DNA of 59,205 nucleotides, filler included, from 4 parts of 4 records of this genome joined end to end with filler, not necessarily neighbours in it; one strand, 5' to 3'; positions 40,628 to 49,889 are shown, counted from the whole stretch's first letter. Notes: generated by a model not told the origin, from the letters alone. Translations and numbers: made by a program.

Positions 40628-41988
40628 AAGGCCAGTAGTTTAGGTTCCGCGACTTTTCTTATCACCAAAACACTGATTTCTTCCTCACGTAAAATGAGGT
40701 CAAGTCCTTTTTCCCTGAGTGCCTGACCCAAACTTTCCACATCGGAAAAATTGGCTTGGAGATCCAGATCGATGGGATAGTCCAATCCCGTCTTGTTGAT
40801 GACCGGATAGGGACTATTGCGAAGAAAGACCACATTCAGATGATGTACCAGCCCCTGTATGGAAAGGTTCCTCATTTCAAGGCCGCCATCCATGGTATAA
40901 GAACTCTGTTCAGTATCTGAAGGAGGATAGGCGTGACCTTCCTGCTGGATCAATGCATAGACCGTTTTCTTCTTTTTCTCTACCTTAGCCTCAATATGCG
41001 GGAAGAAGCGTCTTAAATCTTCCCTCATCATCTTATAAGGATCCGTATGGGCAGGGGCAATCAGCTCATACCCGAACACATGGTTCCCCTGTGCCATCCA
41101 CGCCCTATAATCATTGCCCGACTTGGAGGTGGTGAGCTCTTCTTCACCGAATCCTACAGTCTCAAATCGGTTTCTACCATAATAGTCCACCATGCTTTTT
41201 CCGGAATAGGCCAGGCTATAATGGTCATAGAGTGGCCTATTGGTAATCCTGATATGGGACATTTCCTCAAAGTTCTGGTAAAGTCCCCCTCGTATTTCCG
41301 GGATATATCCTGTCATGGCAGATTGAAACCAAATGTTCTTATTGCTTACCTCGGGAGAACCGGAAACCAGCCGCTCCCCTTTGGGAAGCCTCACACGGGT
41401 ATCTTCCTTGGTTCTAAAGGAGGATTCACCAGTACTCAGCAGTCGGTCCAAGTTCGCAGTGGTAATATCCTCAATCCCCGTGATGGCGACTACCCTTCCT
41501 TCAGGATCGAGTACCACCACATGGGGGATCACCGAATGCGGAAAGTAGGATAGCATCTTCCCAGCATCTACCACCAAAGGTAGTTCCACTGCATCCAGAC
41601 GTTCAATCCCAGAGATGACCCCTAAAATCCTATCTTGGGGAAAGACCGAAATAGGCAGAACCGCAATTCTCTCCCCGTACTTTTTCTGGATGGCATCCAG
41701 ATGAGGCAAGGAAGCGATACTAGCCGTACAGGTAGGAGCCCAAAACTCCAGAATAACATATTTCCCCCGATAATCATCCAGACGCAATTTATCTGAATCA
41801 TAGTGCAATAATTCGGAGAATTCGATCCCAGTGGGAATCTGATCTCCAATAGTAAGAGTATCGGAGAAAGTGGAGATAAGTCCGCACTCCTCCTCTACCC
41901 CGGGTGACACAACTTTACTTTTTGCCCTTAATTCACTTCCAACAAGACATACCAGTCCCAGGAAGCATGTGAATAGATATTTTTTCAT
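40624..41988 (-). CDS. TlpA-like thioredoxin-fold protein (CxxS) with C-terminal DUF3738-like domain
   Basis: signal peptide; GKYVILEFWAPTCTAS; IPHVVV; VINKTGL...ALREKGL; overlaps the susC start. Confidence 0.8.
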   Translation of the reverse strand: MKKYLFTCFLGLVCLVGSELRAKSKVVSPGVEEECGLISTFSDTLTIGDQIPTGIEFSELLHYDSDKLRLDDYRGKYVILEFWAPTCTASIASLPHLDAIQKKYGERIAVLPISVFPQDRILGVISGIERLDAVELPLVVDAGKMLSYFPHSVIPHVVVLDPEGRVVAITGIEDITTANLDRLLSTGESSFRTKEDTRVRLPKGERLVSGSPEVSNKNIWFQSAMTGYIPEIRGGLYQNFEEMSHIRITNRPLYDHYSLAYSGKSMVDYYGRNRFETVGFGEEELTTSKSGNDYRAWMAQGNHVFGYELIAPAHTDPYKMMREDLRRFFPHIEAKVEKKKKTVYALIQQEGHAYPPSDTEQSSYTMDGGLEMRNLSIQGLVHHLNVVFLRNSPYPVINKTGLDYPIDLDLQANFSDVESLGQALREKGLDLILREEEISVLVIRKVAEPKLLAL

Positions 41989-42668
41989 GCTAAGCAATGC
42001 CTTGGAAGCCTATGGAACAGAACAAACCAATCCCATTACCCACCCAAGGGCTTTTTAAATGATGTAAGAAATAAGTGAAGTAATGGAGCTATTGACCTGC
42101 TGCAGCCGATGACCCCATCATCGTGTGGCGTCACTCCCTGATCTTAAAGGATAGTCCCGAAGGTGTATACAAAAACCTTCGGAAGCAATCAGAGAGAAAA
42201 AGTGCCCAAACCCTTAGATCGGATTCTTGGGTTTCAGGGGATACAGGCGATCTACCGCGGCGATGCCCTGCTCCTCTGGAAGGATGTAATAGGTTCCGAT
42301 AGCTATCGGAAGATAACTCTGTGACCCAATGTAAAAATGTGCAGACAGATCCTTCTTGCAGAATACTGATCCCGGGAAGCAACTTAATCCAGAAATAATC
42401 ACTGTCTGATCCATGATACTTGGGGTATTACTAAGTCATTTTGAGATATCTATACTAGAAATATCTCAATAATCCGCAAAAGAAAAGGCTTCAACAAAAT
42501 CTAGCAAAAGTGAGCTCACGCCGTAGCGTGAGCATTTTCACTTCACTTCTACTGTCTATATTGAAAGTTGGCAGTTTTCTTAGACGAGACTATAAAGTGC
42601 AAATGCATTTGAGAAATCTTTCCAATTTTTCGCTTTGAAAATACGTGCTCTATTTTCAATGACTACAT

Positions 42669-42783
42669 CAAAAATATAAAAAGATTTCATAAAACGATAA
42701 TATTTTTACATTAAAATATATTTTATAACTGTTTTATGAAATTAAAATACTGAATACTGTAAGTTTTCCTTTACTTATATTTG
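42669..42783. promoter_or_regulatory. divergent promoters with a 12-bp inverted repeat between them
   Basis: TATTTTTG (minus, 42676-42669) and TATATTTG (plus, 42776-42783); ATTTCATAAAAC 42684-42695 / GTTTTATGAAAT 42731-42742. Confidence 0.65.
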
Positions 42784-42803
42784 GGAAACTTGGCAGTTTT
42801 CAA

Positions 42804-43016
42804 ATGAAAAGAGAGAATTTTAATAGGATTAAAGCCGTTTTGGCTGAAGAAGGAAAGAAAAATATTGATTTAGCGAAAAATCTGGGAGTTAAGGATACTA
42901 CAGTTTCTCGGTGGGTGACAAATGATTCTCAACCCTCAATTGAAAGACTTTTTGAAATAGCTGATTTTTTGGAGGTTGACGTAAGGACTTTGTTGGTATC
43001 GAATATGAAGCCTTAA
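42804..43016 (+). CDS. XRE/Cro-type helix-turn-helix regulator
   Basis: NRIKAVLAE...LA..LG....TVSRWVTN..QP....L..IA..L.VDVR.LL. Confidence 0.92.
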   Translation: MKRENFNRIKAVLAEEGKKNIDLAKNLGVKDTTVSRWVTNDSQPSIERLFEIADFLEVDVRTLLVSNMKP

Positions 43017-43069
43017 ATGGTAATTATTGTAGCTACAGCCCAACTAAAAAGTGTGTGTGTGTCAAAATT

Positions 43070-43099
43070 AAAAAAGGAAGGTTTTTGCCTTCCTTTTTT
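43070..43099. terminator. bidirectional terminator
   Basis: AAAAAAGGAAGG-TTTTTG-CCTTCCTTTTTT between convergent genes. Confidence 0.85.
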
Positions 43100-43388
43100 A
43101 TGCTTTTGCTCCTGAACGGAATCCTTGAATATAATGCCTGAGCATATTAGCTTGTGTTTGGGTAACTTCCGCAGGTTTAATTACAGAAAGAAAATTATCC
43201 AATCCCATTTCTTCAATCAAATTCCCAAAAGAAGAATTTAAAAAAGAAGTAGACGGAGAAGTTGCTCCTAGAAAGGACAATTGAATAATTTTCCCATCTT
43301 TTAAATCTCCCTTTAGTGCCAAATACAATTGGTACCCAGAGGCATTTGAAAAGGTGTCAGGGACTATATCTTTTATAAAAATTTTCAT
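43098..43388 (-). CDS. STAS-like (DUF4325) protein
   Basis: G..LY......I.LSF.G....STSFLNSSFG.L. Confidence 0.75.
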   Translation of the reverse strand: MKIFIKDIVPDTFSNASGYQLYLALKGDLKDGKIIQLSFLGATSPSTSFLNSSFGNLIEEMGLDNFLSVIKPAEVTQTQANMLRHYIQGFRSGAKA

Positions 43389-43412
43389 GGGACGCAAAAT
43401 TAGATTTTTTGA

Positions 43413-44270
43413 TTACCAATCCAAAAAGTCAACGGTTTCTATGTCATTTAAGTTATCAACTTTGATTGAAATTTCAATCACCGTTCCAGTAAAATTTTGA
43501 ACTGGATTTGGGCTAAATTGATTTCCATTTTCCAAACCTTCCATTTTAACCTCATCTGAAAACAACTTCCAATTCCCACTATTTGCAAGAACGAATGAGG
43601 AGATTGTGTCCAAGCCTCTTCCAGCATTGTGAGGTTCTGACCTGGTAGTTTTGTGTAATTTTAATGCCCATTTTACCGCATCAAATTGAGAAAGTTTTTT
43701 AAGCCCTTGAGAATCGAGGAATTTATTAACAGTTAAGGGAATGCCAAAACCTAAATCGGCAACAGCTATTACAATAGTTTTCTTACTTCTGTAATATTGG
43801 CAAAAAACATAACAATCAATAGGAGATTTAGAATGGTCGTAAACATTGTTTATTAATTCAGAAAGAGCTATTTGCAACACTCCAAGATCTTTTCCAGGAC
43901 AAAAAGTTTGGAAAAAAGCTTGTGTCCTATCAATGTAGTAATTCATAGTTAACCTATTTACCCGACGAATTGGCATCGCAGTATAGCTAGGGATTTCAAG
44001 GATTTCACTAGGCGAAAAATGATTTTCAGAACAGAATTCAAGTAAACCTATAGCTTGAAGATAATTTTTTACAGGTTGGTTTTCTACATTTAAAATAACC
44101 TTTCCAACTGTATTTAATTGGTAAATGATAAACTCAGTCAATATCAAAATATCCATTGGTCTTAAAAAAGACTGATAGAGATGAATAGTTACGGACTCAT
44201 CAGGAATAGGGTTCAGTATAATATGAAAAAGCTTATGGTAATCACCTTGCCCCTTTATTACAATATCCAT
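43413..44270 (-). CDS. GHKL/HATPase-domain ATP-binding protein
   Basis: ELINNVYDHS (N box), DLGFGIP (G1), GRGL (G2), GT (G3). Confidence 0.8.
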   Translation of the reverse strand: MDIVIKGQGDYHKLFHIILNPIPDESVTIHLYQSFLRPMDILILTEFIIYQLNTVGKVILNVENQPVKNYLQAIGLLEFCSENHFSPSEILEIPSYTAMPIRRVNRLTMNYYIDRTQAFFQTFCPGKDLGVLQIALSELINNVYDHSKSPIDCYVFCQYYRSKKTIVIAVADLGFGIPLTVNKFLDSQGLKKLSQFDAVKWALKLHKTTRSEPHNAGRGLDTISSFVLANSGNWKLFSDEVKMEGLENGNQFSPNPVQNFTGTVIEISIKVDNLNDIETVDFLDW

Positions 44271-44300
44271 TTACGCACTTAATTAGTTAAAAAATTAGTT

Positions 44301-44451
44301 TTACCTACCCTGATACCTCTTAAAATTCTCCGCCTGCTCAAAAATCTCCTTATACACTTCATCCCGGTCCACGGGCGGATAATCATTCTCAGCGAGTAGA
44401 ATAATCAGATCTACTTTCAATTCCGCCTTGATATCATCCCGCTTGCTCCAG
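44301..44451 (-). CDS. hsdR: type I restriction endonuclease subunit R, C-terminal fragment
   Basis: hand translation WSKRDDIKAELKVDLIILLAENDYPPVDRDEVYKEIFEQAENFKRYQGR* resembles the HsdR C-terminus (DUF3387). Confidence 0.8.
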
Positions 44452-44551
44452 NNNNNNNNNNNNNNNNNNNNNNNNNNNNNNNNNNNNNNNNNNNNTTAAT
44501 TAATTAANNNNNNNNNNNNNNNNNNNNNNNNNNNNNNNNNNNNNNNNNNNN
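44452..44551. other. artificial contig linker
   Basis: N run with TTAATTAATTAA. Confidence 0.99.
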
Positions 44552-45090
44552 AATCCGCGGATTAAGATTGACTCTCCTTCCTTCAAATCTTTCAAATCTT
44601 GAGTTCTCAAATAGTAAAAACCGCTCACTAAATCCTGAACTTGCCCGGGTAAATCAAAATCCTTCGTTTCCTTCAAGTGTCTATTCTCTTTGTCAAAAAG
44701 CTTCATGGTAGCTTTCTTGTTCTTTTGGTCAAAGTGAACGAACTCATGTTTTCGGTATTTCCCTTCTTCAATATGTCTGTAGGACACGGAGGGTAAATTG
44801 GTGGCTACATCTAAGTAAGTTCCCCAGTTATCGTTTACCTTCCCGAATATGGTGGCAGCACCTTTTGTTTTGCCATACACATCAATTTTATAATGTGGTT
44901 TTTCGTTCTGCTCTTGAGGTCTTTTGGCAATCTGCATTTTTGCGTCAGCTAGATTCAGCCATCCGTAGGATACTTCAAATGAAAGCTCTTCACCAAAAGT
45001 AAATGGCGTTGTGCCTTCCGACCCTTGGGCGGAGAGTTCGAATAGGGTGAAAAAAAGAAGTACTGATACTGATCCTAGGATTCTTTTCAT
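44552..45090 (-). CDS. DUF3108 family protein, 3' truncated
   Basis: signal peptide; F..GEEL.F.VSYGW; QDLVSGFYYLR. Confidence 0.75.
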
Positions 45091-45270
45091 AAATTTTAAT
45101 GACAATACCTGACGAAAAGAGGGGTAATCTATAGGTATTACGAAAAAACGTGCCGAAAGGCGATTAAAATTACGAATTTAGTATCCCGAAACAATAGGAT
45201 AGCACACCTTGGTAATGGACTGCTGTTTATTTACTTTCACTAAATAATTGATAAGACAAATTCAAAACGC

Positions 45271-46299
45271 ATGAGTAATAACGCCGAAAAACTAAAAGCC
45301 TTACAGCTGACTATCGATAAGCTGGATAAAACGTACGGTAAGGGCACCGTAATGAAGCTTAGTGATAATAAAGTGGTGGATGTACCTGCGATATCTACTG
45401 GCTCACTAGGGTTGGATATAGCATTAGGCGTCGGAGGAATTCCCCGAGGCAGAGTGATTGAAATATATGGCCCAGAATCTTCTGGAAAAACTACCCTGAC
45501 GCTGCACTGTATCGCTGAGGCTCAAAAGGCAGGAGGGTTGGCGGCTTTCATCGATGCGGAGCATGCATTTGATAAGAGCTACGCAGAAAAACTTGGTATA
45601 GACACTGAAAATTTATTGATCTCTCAGCCAGACAATGGTGAGCAAGCATTGGAGATAGCCGAGCATTTAATTCGTTCAGGAGCAATTGATATTATTGTGA
45701 TTGACTCGGTGGCTGCTTTGGTGCCAAAAGGTGAGCTGGAAGGCGATATGGGGGATAGCAAAATGGGCTTGCAAGCTCGATTGATGTCTCAGGCTTTGCG
45801 AAAGCTCACTGGAGCTATTAATAAAACTGGATGCTCTTGTATTTTCATTAACCAGCTTCGTGAGAAGATCGGGGTTATGTTTGGTAATCCTGAAACTACG
45901 ACTGGTGGCAATGCATTGAAATTTTATGCGTCTGTTAGGCTAGATATCAGGAGAATAGGTCAGATTAAAGAAAGTGCAGACAACATCCTTGGTAATAGAA
46001 CTAAGGTGAAGGTGGTGAAAAATAAAGTGGCGCCTCCTTTCAAAGTAGTGGAGTTTGACATCATGTACGGGCAAGGTATTTCCAAAGTGGGGGAAATCAT
46101 TGACCTTGGTGTGGAACTGGATATTATCAAAAAGGCAGGTTCATGGTTCTCCTATAATGGAGAAAAACTTGGACAAGGCCGTGAAGCTGTGAAGACCCTA
46201 CTTTTGGATAACCCTGAATTGATGGAAGATCTTGAAATAAAGATCAAAGCTGCCTCTGGATTATCGAAAGGAGCTAGCGCAGTAGTCGAGGAGGAGTAA
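45271..46299 (+). CDS. recA: recombinase RecA
   Basis: [43 protein letters not shown]. Confidence 0.99.
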   Translation: MSNNAEKLKALQLTIDKLDKTYGKGTVMKLSDNKVVDVPAISTGSLGLDIALGVGGIPRGRVIEIYGPESSGKTTLTLHCIAEAQKAGGLAAFIDAEHAFDKSYAEKLGIDTENLLISQPDNGEQALEIAEHLIRSGAIDIIVIDSVAALVPKGELEGDMGDSKMGLQARLMSQALRKLTGAINKTGCSCIFINQLREKIGVMFGNPETTTGGNALKFYASVRLDIRRIGQIKESADNILGNRTKVKVVKNKVAPPFKVVEFDIMYGQGISKVGEIIDLGVELDIIKKAGSWFSYNGEKLGQGREAVKTLLLDNPELMEDLEIKIKAASGLSKGASAVVEEE

Positions 46300-46313
46300 A
46301 CCTTTTCTACAGT

Positions 46314-46357
46314 AAGCAAAAAGCGGTTGTCAAATTATTGACAACCGCTTTTTGCTT
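46314..46357. terminator. bidirectional terminator
   Basis: perfect 20-bp inverted repeat AAGCAAAAAGCGGTTGTCAA, loop ATTA. Confidence 0.9.
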
Positions 46358-46374
46358 TATATGCTCTGTGCCAT

Positions 46375-47622
46375 TTAGGTTGTCCGGATCGCCTCTACAG
46401 GATCCATTCTTGCAGCTAAAGTAGCAGGGACAATTCCTGAAACTACTCCGATAATAGTGGAAACTCCCAGGCCTAATACAATGTTGCTGATCGATAGTAC
46501 AATCTCCAAAGTTCCCAATTGAATAAAGGTTAGGAAATAGACGATAATTATTCCTGTAATTCCTCCGATTAGGCTAAGGCATATAGATTCAAATAGAAAT
46601 TGGAAAAGGATAAAATAATTTTTTGCGCCCAACGATTTTTGGATACCTATGATGTTTGTTCGTTCTCGAACAGACACGAACATGATATTAGCGATACCAA
46701 ACCCGCCTACAAGTATTGAGAATCCACCAATTACCCATCCTGCGATAGAAATGACGTCAAATACGGATCCTATGGCATTTTGGATAAACTCAGTTTTGTT
46801 TAATGCAAAATTATTTTCGTCTCTTGGTTTTAGTCCTCTTTTGGCACGAAGTAATCCTGTCATTTCATTTTCTAAAGCAACTAGCCCGATGTCCTCTTCC
46901 ATGCCCTTCACTGCGATCACTGGCTCCAGACCGTTTCTTCCCGTATAGTACATTTTGGTAAAAGCACCATAAGGGATTAGACAGGCTTCGTCTTTAGACC
47001 CACCGCCAAATAAGCCTTCTCCTTCTTCCTCAAAGATACCGATAACGGTGAACTTCATTCCTCTGATTTTAATGGGTTTGCCAAGTGCTTCTTGCTGTGG
47101 GTAAAGCGTGTTTGCAATTTCCCTTCCTATGATTGCTAAATTCCGTGAGGCATTTATTTCTGAGGGTGTAAAATATCTACCTTCCTCAATGGATAGCTCA
47201 TAGACATCTTGATAGGAGTAGACAGCACCGGTAAGAGCCATACCTTGATAGGCATTGCTTCCGGCTTTTACAGTTGTATTAGCAGATGCTGCAATTGTGA
47301 CTGCTTCCGCAGATGTCAACCTTTGCTGCAGAAATTCATATTCAGCTACAGTACCGGGGGGTCTGCGGAAATATTTCCACCAAGGGTAATCCTGTGGCCC
47401 GTTTGCATAAGGGAATCTATCCACTCTCATTACATTAGTGCCTAGAAATGAAAAGGATGATTTGATGTTATTTTCTAAAGAGTCGACTAAGGTGAATACA
47501 GCTATAATGGCGAAAATACCAATTGTCACCCCTAATAGGGATAATATGGTACGCGTGAGACTAGTCTTTAATGCTGCGATCGCGAAGCGAAAACTTTCCC
47601 ATGAGAGTTTGAAAAAGAGCAT
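46375..47622 (-). CDS. ABC transporter permease (MacB/FtsX family)
   Basis: RTILSLLGVTIGI, GGFGIANIMFVSVRERT..IGI.KSLGA, PA..AARMDPVEA. Confidence 0.92.
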   Translation of the reverse strand: MLFFKLSWESFRFAIAALKTSLTRTILSLLGVTIGIFAIIAVFTLVDSLENNIKSSFSFLGTNVMRVDRFPYANGPQDYPWWKYFRRPPGTVAEYEFLQQRLTSAEAVTIAASANTTVKAGSNAYQGMALTGAVYSYQDVYELSIEEGRYFTPSEINASRNLAIIGREIANTLYPQQEALGKPIKIRGMKFTVIGIFEEEGEGLFGGGSKDEACLIPYGAFTKMYYTGRNGLEPVIAVKGMEEDIGLVALENEMTGLLRAKRGLKPRDENNFALNKTEFIQNAIGSVFDVISIAGWVIGGFSILVGGFGIANIMFVSVRERTNIIGIQKSLGAKNYFILFQFLFESICLSLIGGITGIIIVYFLTFIQLGTLEIVLSISNIVLGLGVSTIIGVVSGIVPATLAARMDPVEAIRTT

Positions 47623-47738
47623 GCGTTAATAGTTGGTTTAAAACAATTTGTCAAGTTAGCTGAAATTGCCTGATTTTGTTAGTATCTTTGCATTTTTTAG
47701 AGATATTCTAAATCACTCAAGACATCTAAAACTTAACT

Positions 47739-47834
47739 ATGAAATCGAGCATGTCGGAAACGACACATATTGGCATGTTTATCAGCCCTGCGAGATTCCA
47801 TATGGCCTTTAAAAGACAAATAATAAACATATGA
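47739..47834 (+). promoter_or_regulatory. conserved leader element copy 1 (hairpin plus 31-aa uORF) upstream of queA
   Basis: u[34 protein letters not shown], stop overlaps the queA ATG; TATCTTTG -7 box at 47683-47690. Confidence 0.6.
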
Positions 47835-48880
47835 AATTATCGGATTTCAAATTTGACGTTCCAAAGAAACTAGTAGCTCATTATCCAGCAGCCAACAGGG
47901 ATGAATCCAGGCTTATGGTTGTTCATCGTGATACTGGTGAAATTGAACACAGAGTTTTTAAAGATATTATCGAATACTTTGGTGAAGGTGATGTCTTTGT
48001 TACTAATGATACCAAAGTATTTCCTGCAAGGCTTTATGGCAACAAAGAGAAAACCGGTGCAGAAATCGAGGTGTTTCTTTTAAGGGAATTAAATGCGGAA
48101 TTGAAACTTTGGGATGTGTTGGTAGATCCAGCTCGTAAAATCAGAGTAGGAAATAAGCTGTATTTCGGAGATTCTGATCTTGTTGCGGAAGTAATTGACA
48201 ACACTACTTCTAGAGGTCGTACAATTCGCTTCTTGTTTGATGGGACTGAAGAAGAATTCCATAAGACTATAGATACGCTTGGTGAAACTCCTCTTTTGAA
48301 GGAATTTATTGAAAGAAAAGTAGAAGCAGAAGATAAAGAAAGATATCAAACTGTATTCGCTAAGAATGTGGGCGCTGTTGCAGCACCTACAGCTGGCTTG
48401 CACTTTACTCCTCATTTGCTAAAAAGGCTAGAGCTTCAGGGTGTTGATGTGACTCCTATTACTCTTCATGTTGGTTTGGGGACTTTCCGTCAGGTAGACG
48501 TAGAAGATCTGACTAAGCATAAGATGGATTCCGAAAACTATGAGATTCCTGATAGAACTGTAGAATTGGTGAATAGATCATTGGATGCTAAAAAGCGAGT
48601 GGTAGCTGTGGGTACAACTTCATTGAAAACGATTGAGTCCTCGGTGACTGCAAACGGTCGTTTGAAAGCTAGTGCTGGCTGGACAGATAAGTTTATCATT
48701 CCTCCTTACGAGTTTAAAATCGCTAATTCGTTAATTACTAATTTCCACCTTCCAGAATCTACCTTGCTAATGACAGCAGCGGCATTCGGAGGTTACGATT
48801 TGGTGATGAAAGCATATAAAGAAGCCATCAAAGAAAAATATCGATTCTTTTCTTACGGAGACGCGATGTTGATCCTTTAA
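47831..48880 (+). CDS. queA: S-adenosylmethionine:tRNA ribosyltransferase-isomerase
   Basis: [16 protein letters not shown]...[34 protein letters not shown]. Confidence 0.97.
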   Translation: MKLSDFKFDVPKKLVAHYPAANRDESRLMVVHRDTGEIEHRVFKDIIEYFGEGDVFVTNDTKVFPARLYGNKEKTGAEIEVFLLRELNAELKLWDVLVDPARKIRVGNKLYFGDSDLVAEVIDNTTSRGRTIRFLFDGTEEEFHKTIDTLGETPLLKEFIERKVEAEDKERYQTVFAKNVGAVAAPTAGLHFTPHLLKRLELQGVDVTPITLHVGLGTFRQVDVEDLTKHKMDSENYEIPDRTVELVNRSLDAKKRVVAVGTTSLKTIESSVTANGRLKASAGWTDKFIIPPYEFKIANSLITNFHLPESTLLMTAAAFGGYDLVMKAYKEAIKEKYRFFSYGDAMLIL

Positions 48881-48885
48881 TACTG

Positions 48886-48909
48886 AAAGCTCCGAAAGGA
48901 GCTTTTTTT
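48886..48909 (+). terminator. intrinsic terminator after queA
   Basis: AAAGCTCC-GAAA-GGAGC-T7. Confidence 0.9.
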
Positions 48910-48980
48910 ATGTTCACACAGATATAACTTTGAAGTAAAATTTGAGCAAGTTTGATTCTTTACATTTGGGCAAATCTAGT

Positions 48981-49670
48981 ATGACAAACAAAGCTGCAAT
49001 CCTAGTCGCAGGCGGAAGAGGCACCAGAATGGGCAGTCCTATTTCCAAGCAATATTTACCCATTGCTGGGCAGCCGGTATTGATGCGTACACTTTCTGTG
49101 TTTTATAGCGTCGATCCATCTATTGAATTAATTCTAGTTTTGCCCGAGAATGATTTTTCGTATTGGGAAGAGCTGTGTCAGCATTATCAATTCACTATCT
49201 CTCATCGATTGGTAGCAGGTGGCAATTCCAGGTTTCAATCTGTGAGAAACGGCTTGAATTCTCTGAACCCTGAGACCGAACTGGTCGCTATCCACGATGG
49301 AGTTCGTCCCTTTGTAGACAAAAAAGTAATCTCAGAAAGTTTTGAAACTGCCCAGCAACAGGGTAGTGCCATTGCTGTCATTGCATTGAAAGATTCAATC
49401 AGAAAGCTGACAGATGATGGAAAGTCATTTTATCAGGAGAGGCAAAATTTTCGCTTGGTGCAAACCCCTCAGACTTTCCAAGTAAAGAAAATCAAAAAAG
49501 CTTTTGCAGTAACCGAACTCCAACAGTTTACCGATGATGCTACTGTGTATGAAAATCAAGGTTGGCAAGTGACGTTGATTTCAGGAAATCCTGAAAACAT
49601 CAAGATTACTACTCCTGAAGATATGGATTACGCGGAGTTTATCGCAGCGAAGCAATCGTCAGATCGGTAA
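48981..49670 (+). CDS. ispD: 2-C-methyl-D-erythritol 4-phosphate cytidylyltransferase
   Basis: AGGRGTRMG...KQY, IHDGVRP, QTPQTF, TDDA, NIKITTPED; start at MTNK. Confidence 0.95.
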   Translation: MTNKAAILVAGGRGTRMGSPISKQYLPIAGQPVLMRTLSVFYSVDPSIELILVLPENDFSYWEELCQHYQFTISHRLVAGGNSRFQSVRNGLNSLNPETELVAIHDGVRPFVDKKVISESFETAQQQGSAIAVIALKDSIRKLTDDGKSFYQERQNFRLVQTPQTFQVKKIKKAFAVTELQQFTDDATVYENQGWQVTLISGNPENIKITTPEDMDYAEFIAAKQSSDR

Positions 49671-49685
49671 AAATTGCGGGTGAAT

Positions 49686-49720
49686 TTTCACCGACTTTTT
49701 TATGTGTTTCACCGACTTTT
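49686..49720 (+). promoter_or_regulatory. putative LytTR binding site
   Basis: perfect 14-bp direct repeat TTTCACCGACTTTT with 21-bp period, upstream of a LytS/LytTR-containing operon. Confidence 0.7.
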
Positions 49721-49797
49721 AGGTTGAGTTGGCCTTTTGTTCATTTCTTAAGAATGTCCCGTCCAGTACTTTCGATCATCATTAAAAAATGAATGAG

Positions 49798-49878
49798 ATG
49801 AAATCGAGCAGGAATCAGAAGCCTTATGCAGGAATGATGATTAATCAGGCGAGATTCCATTTGGCTTTACAAAACTAA
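49798..49878 (+). promoter_or_regulatory. conserved leader element copy 2 (hairpin plus 26-aa uORF)
   Basis: uORF MKSSRNQKPYAGMMINQARFHLALQN, same register and flanking pairing as the queA copy. Confidence 0.6.
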
Positions 49879-49889
49879 TTACAAAACAG

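Larger units (their letters stand above)
17374..44451. mobile_element. Bacteroidota integrative conjugative element (conjugative transposon), partial; boundaries not visible
   Basis: traE-F-G-J-K-M block plus rteC, followed by accessory cargo and an hsdR fragment; integrase, relaxase and att sites are not in the contig, so inclusion of all cargo is inferred. Confidence 0.75.

Noticed and set aside
42131-42414. Two short minus-strand ORFs upstream of tlpA
   Set aside because: Overlapping, no recognisable motifs, and the region is better explained as structured RNA
43051-43062. (GT)n dinucleotide run
   Set aside because: Short and located between convergent gene ends, so unlikely to be a phase-variation tract
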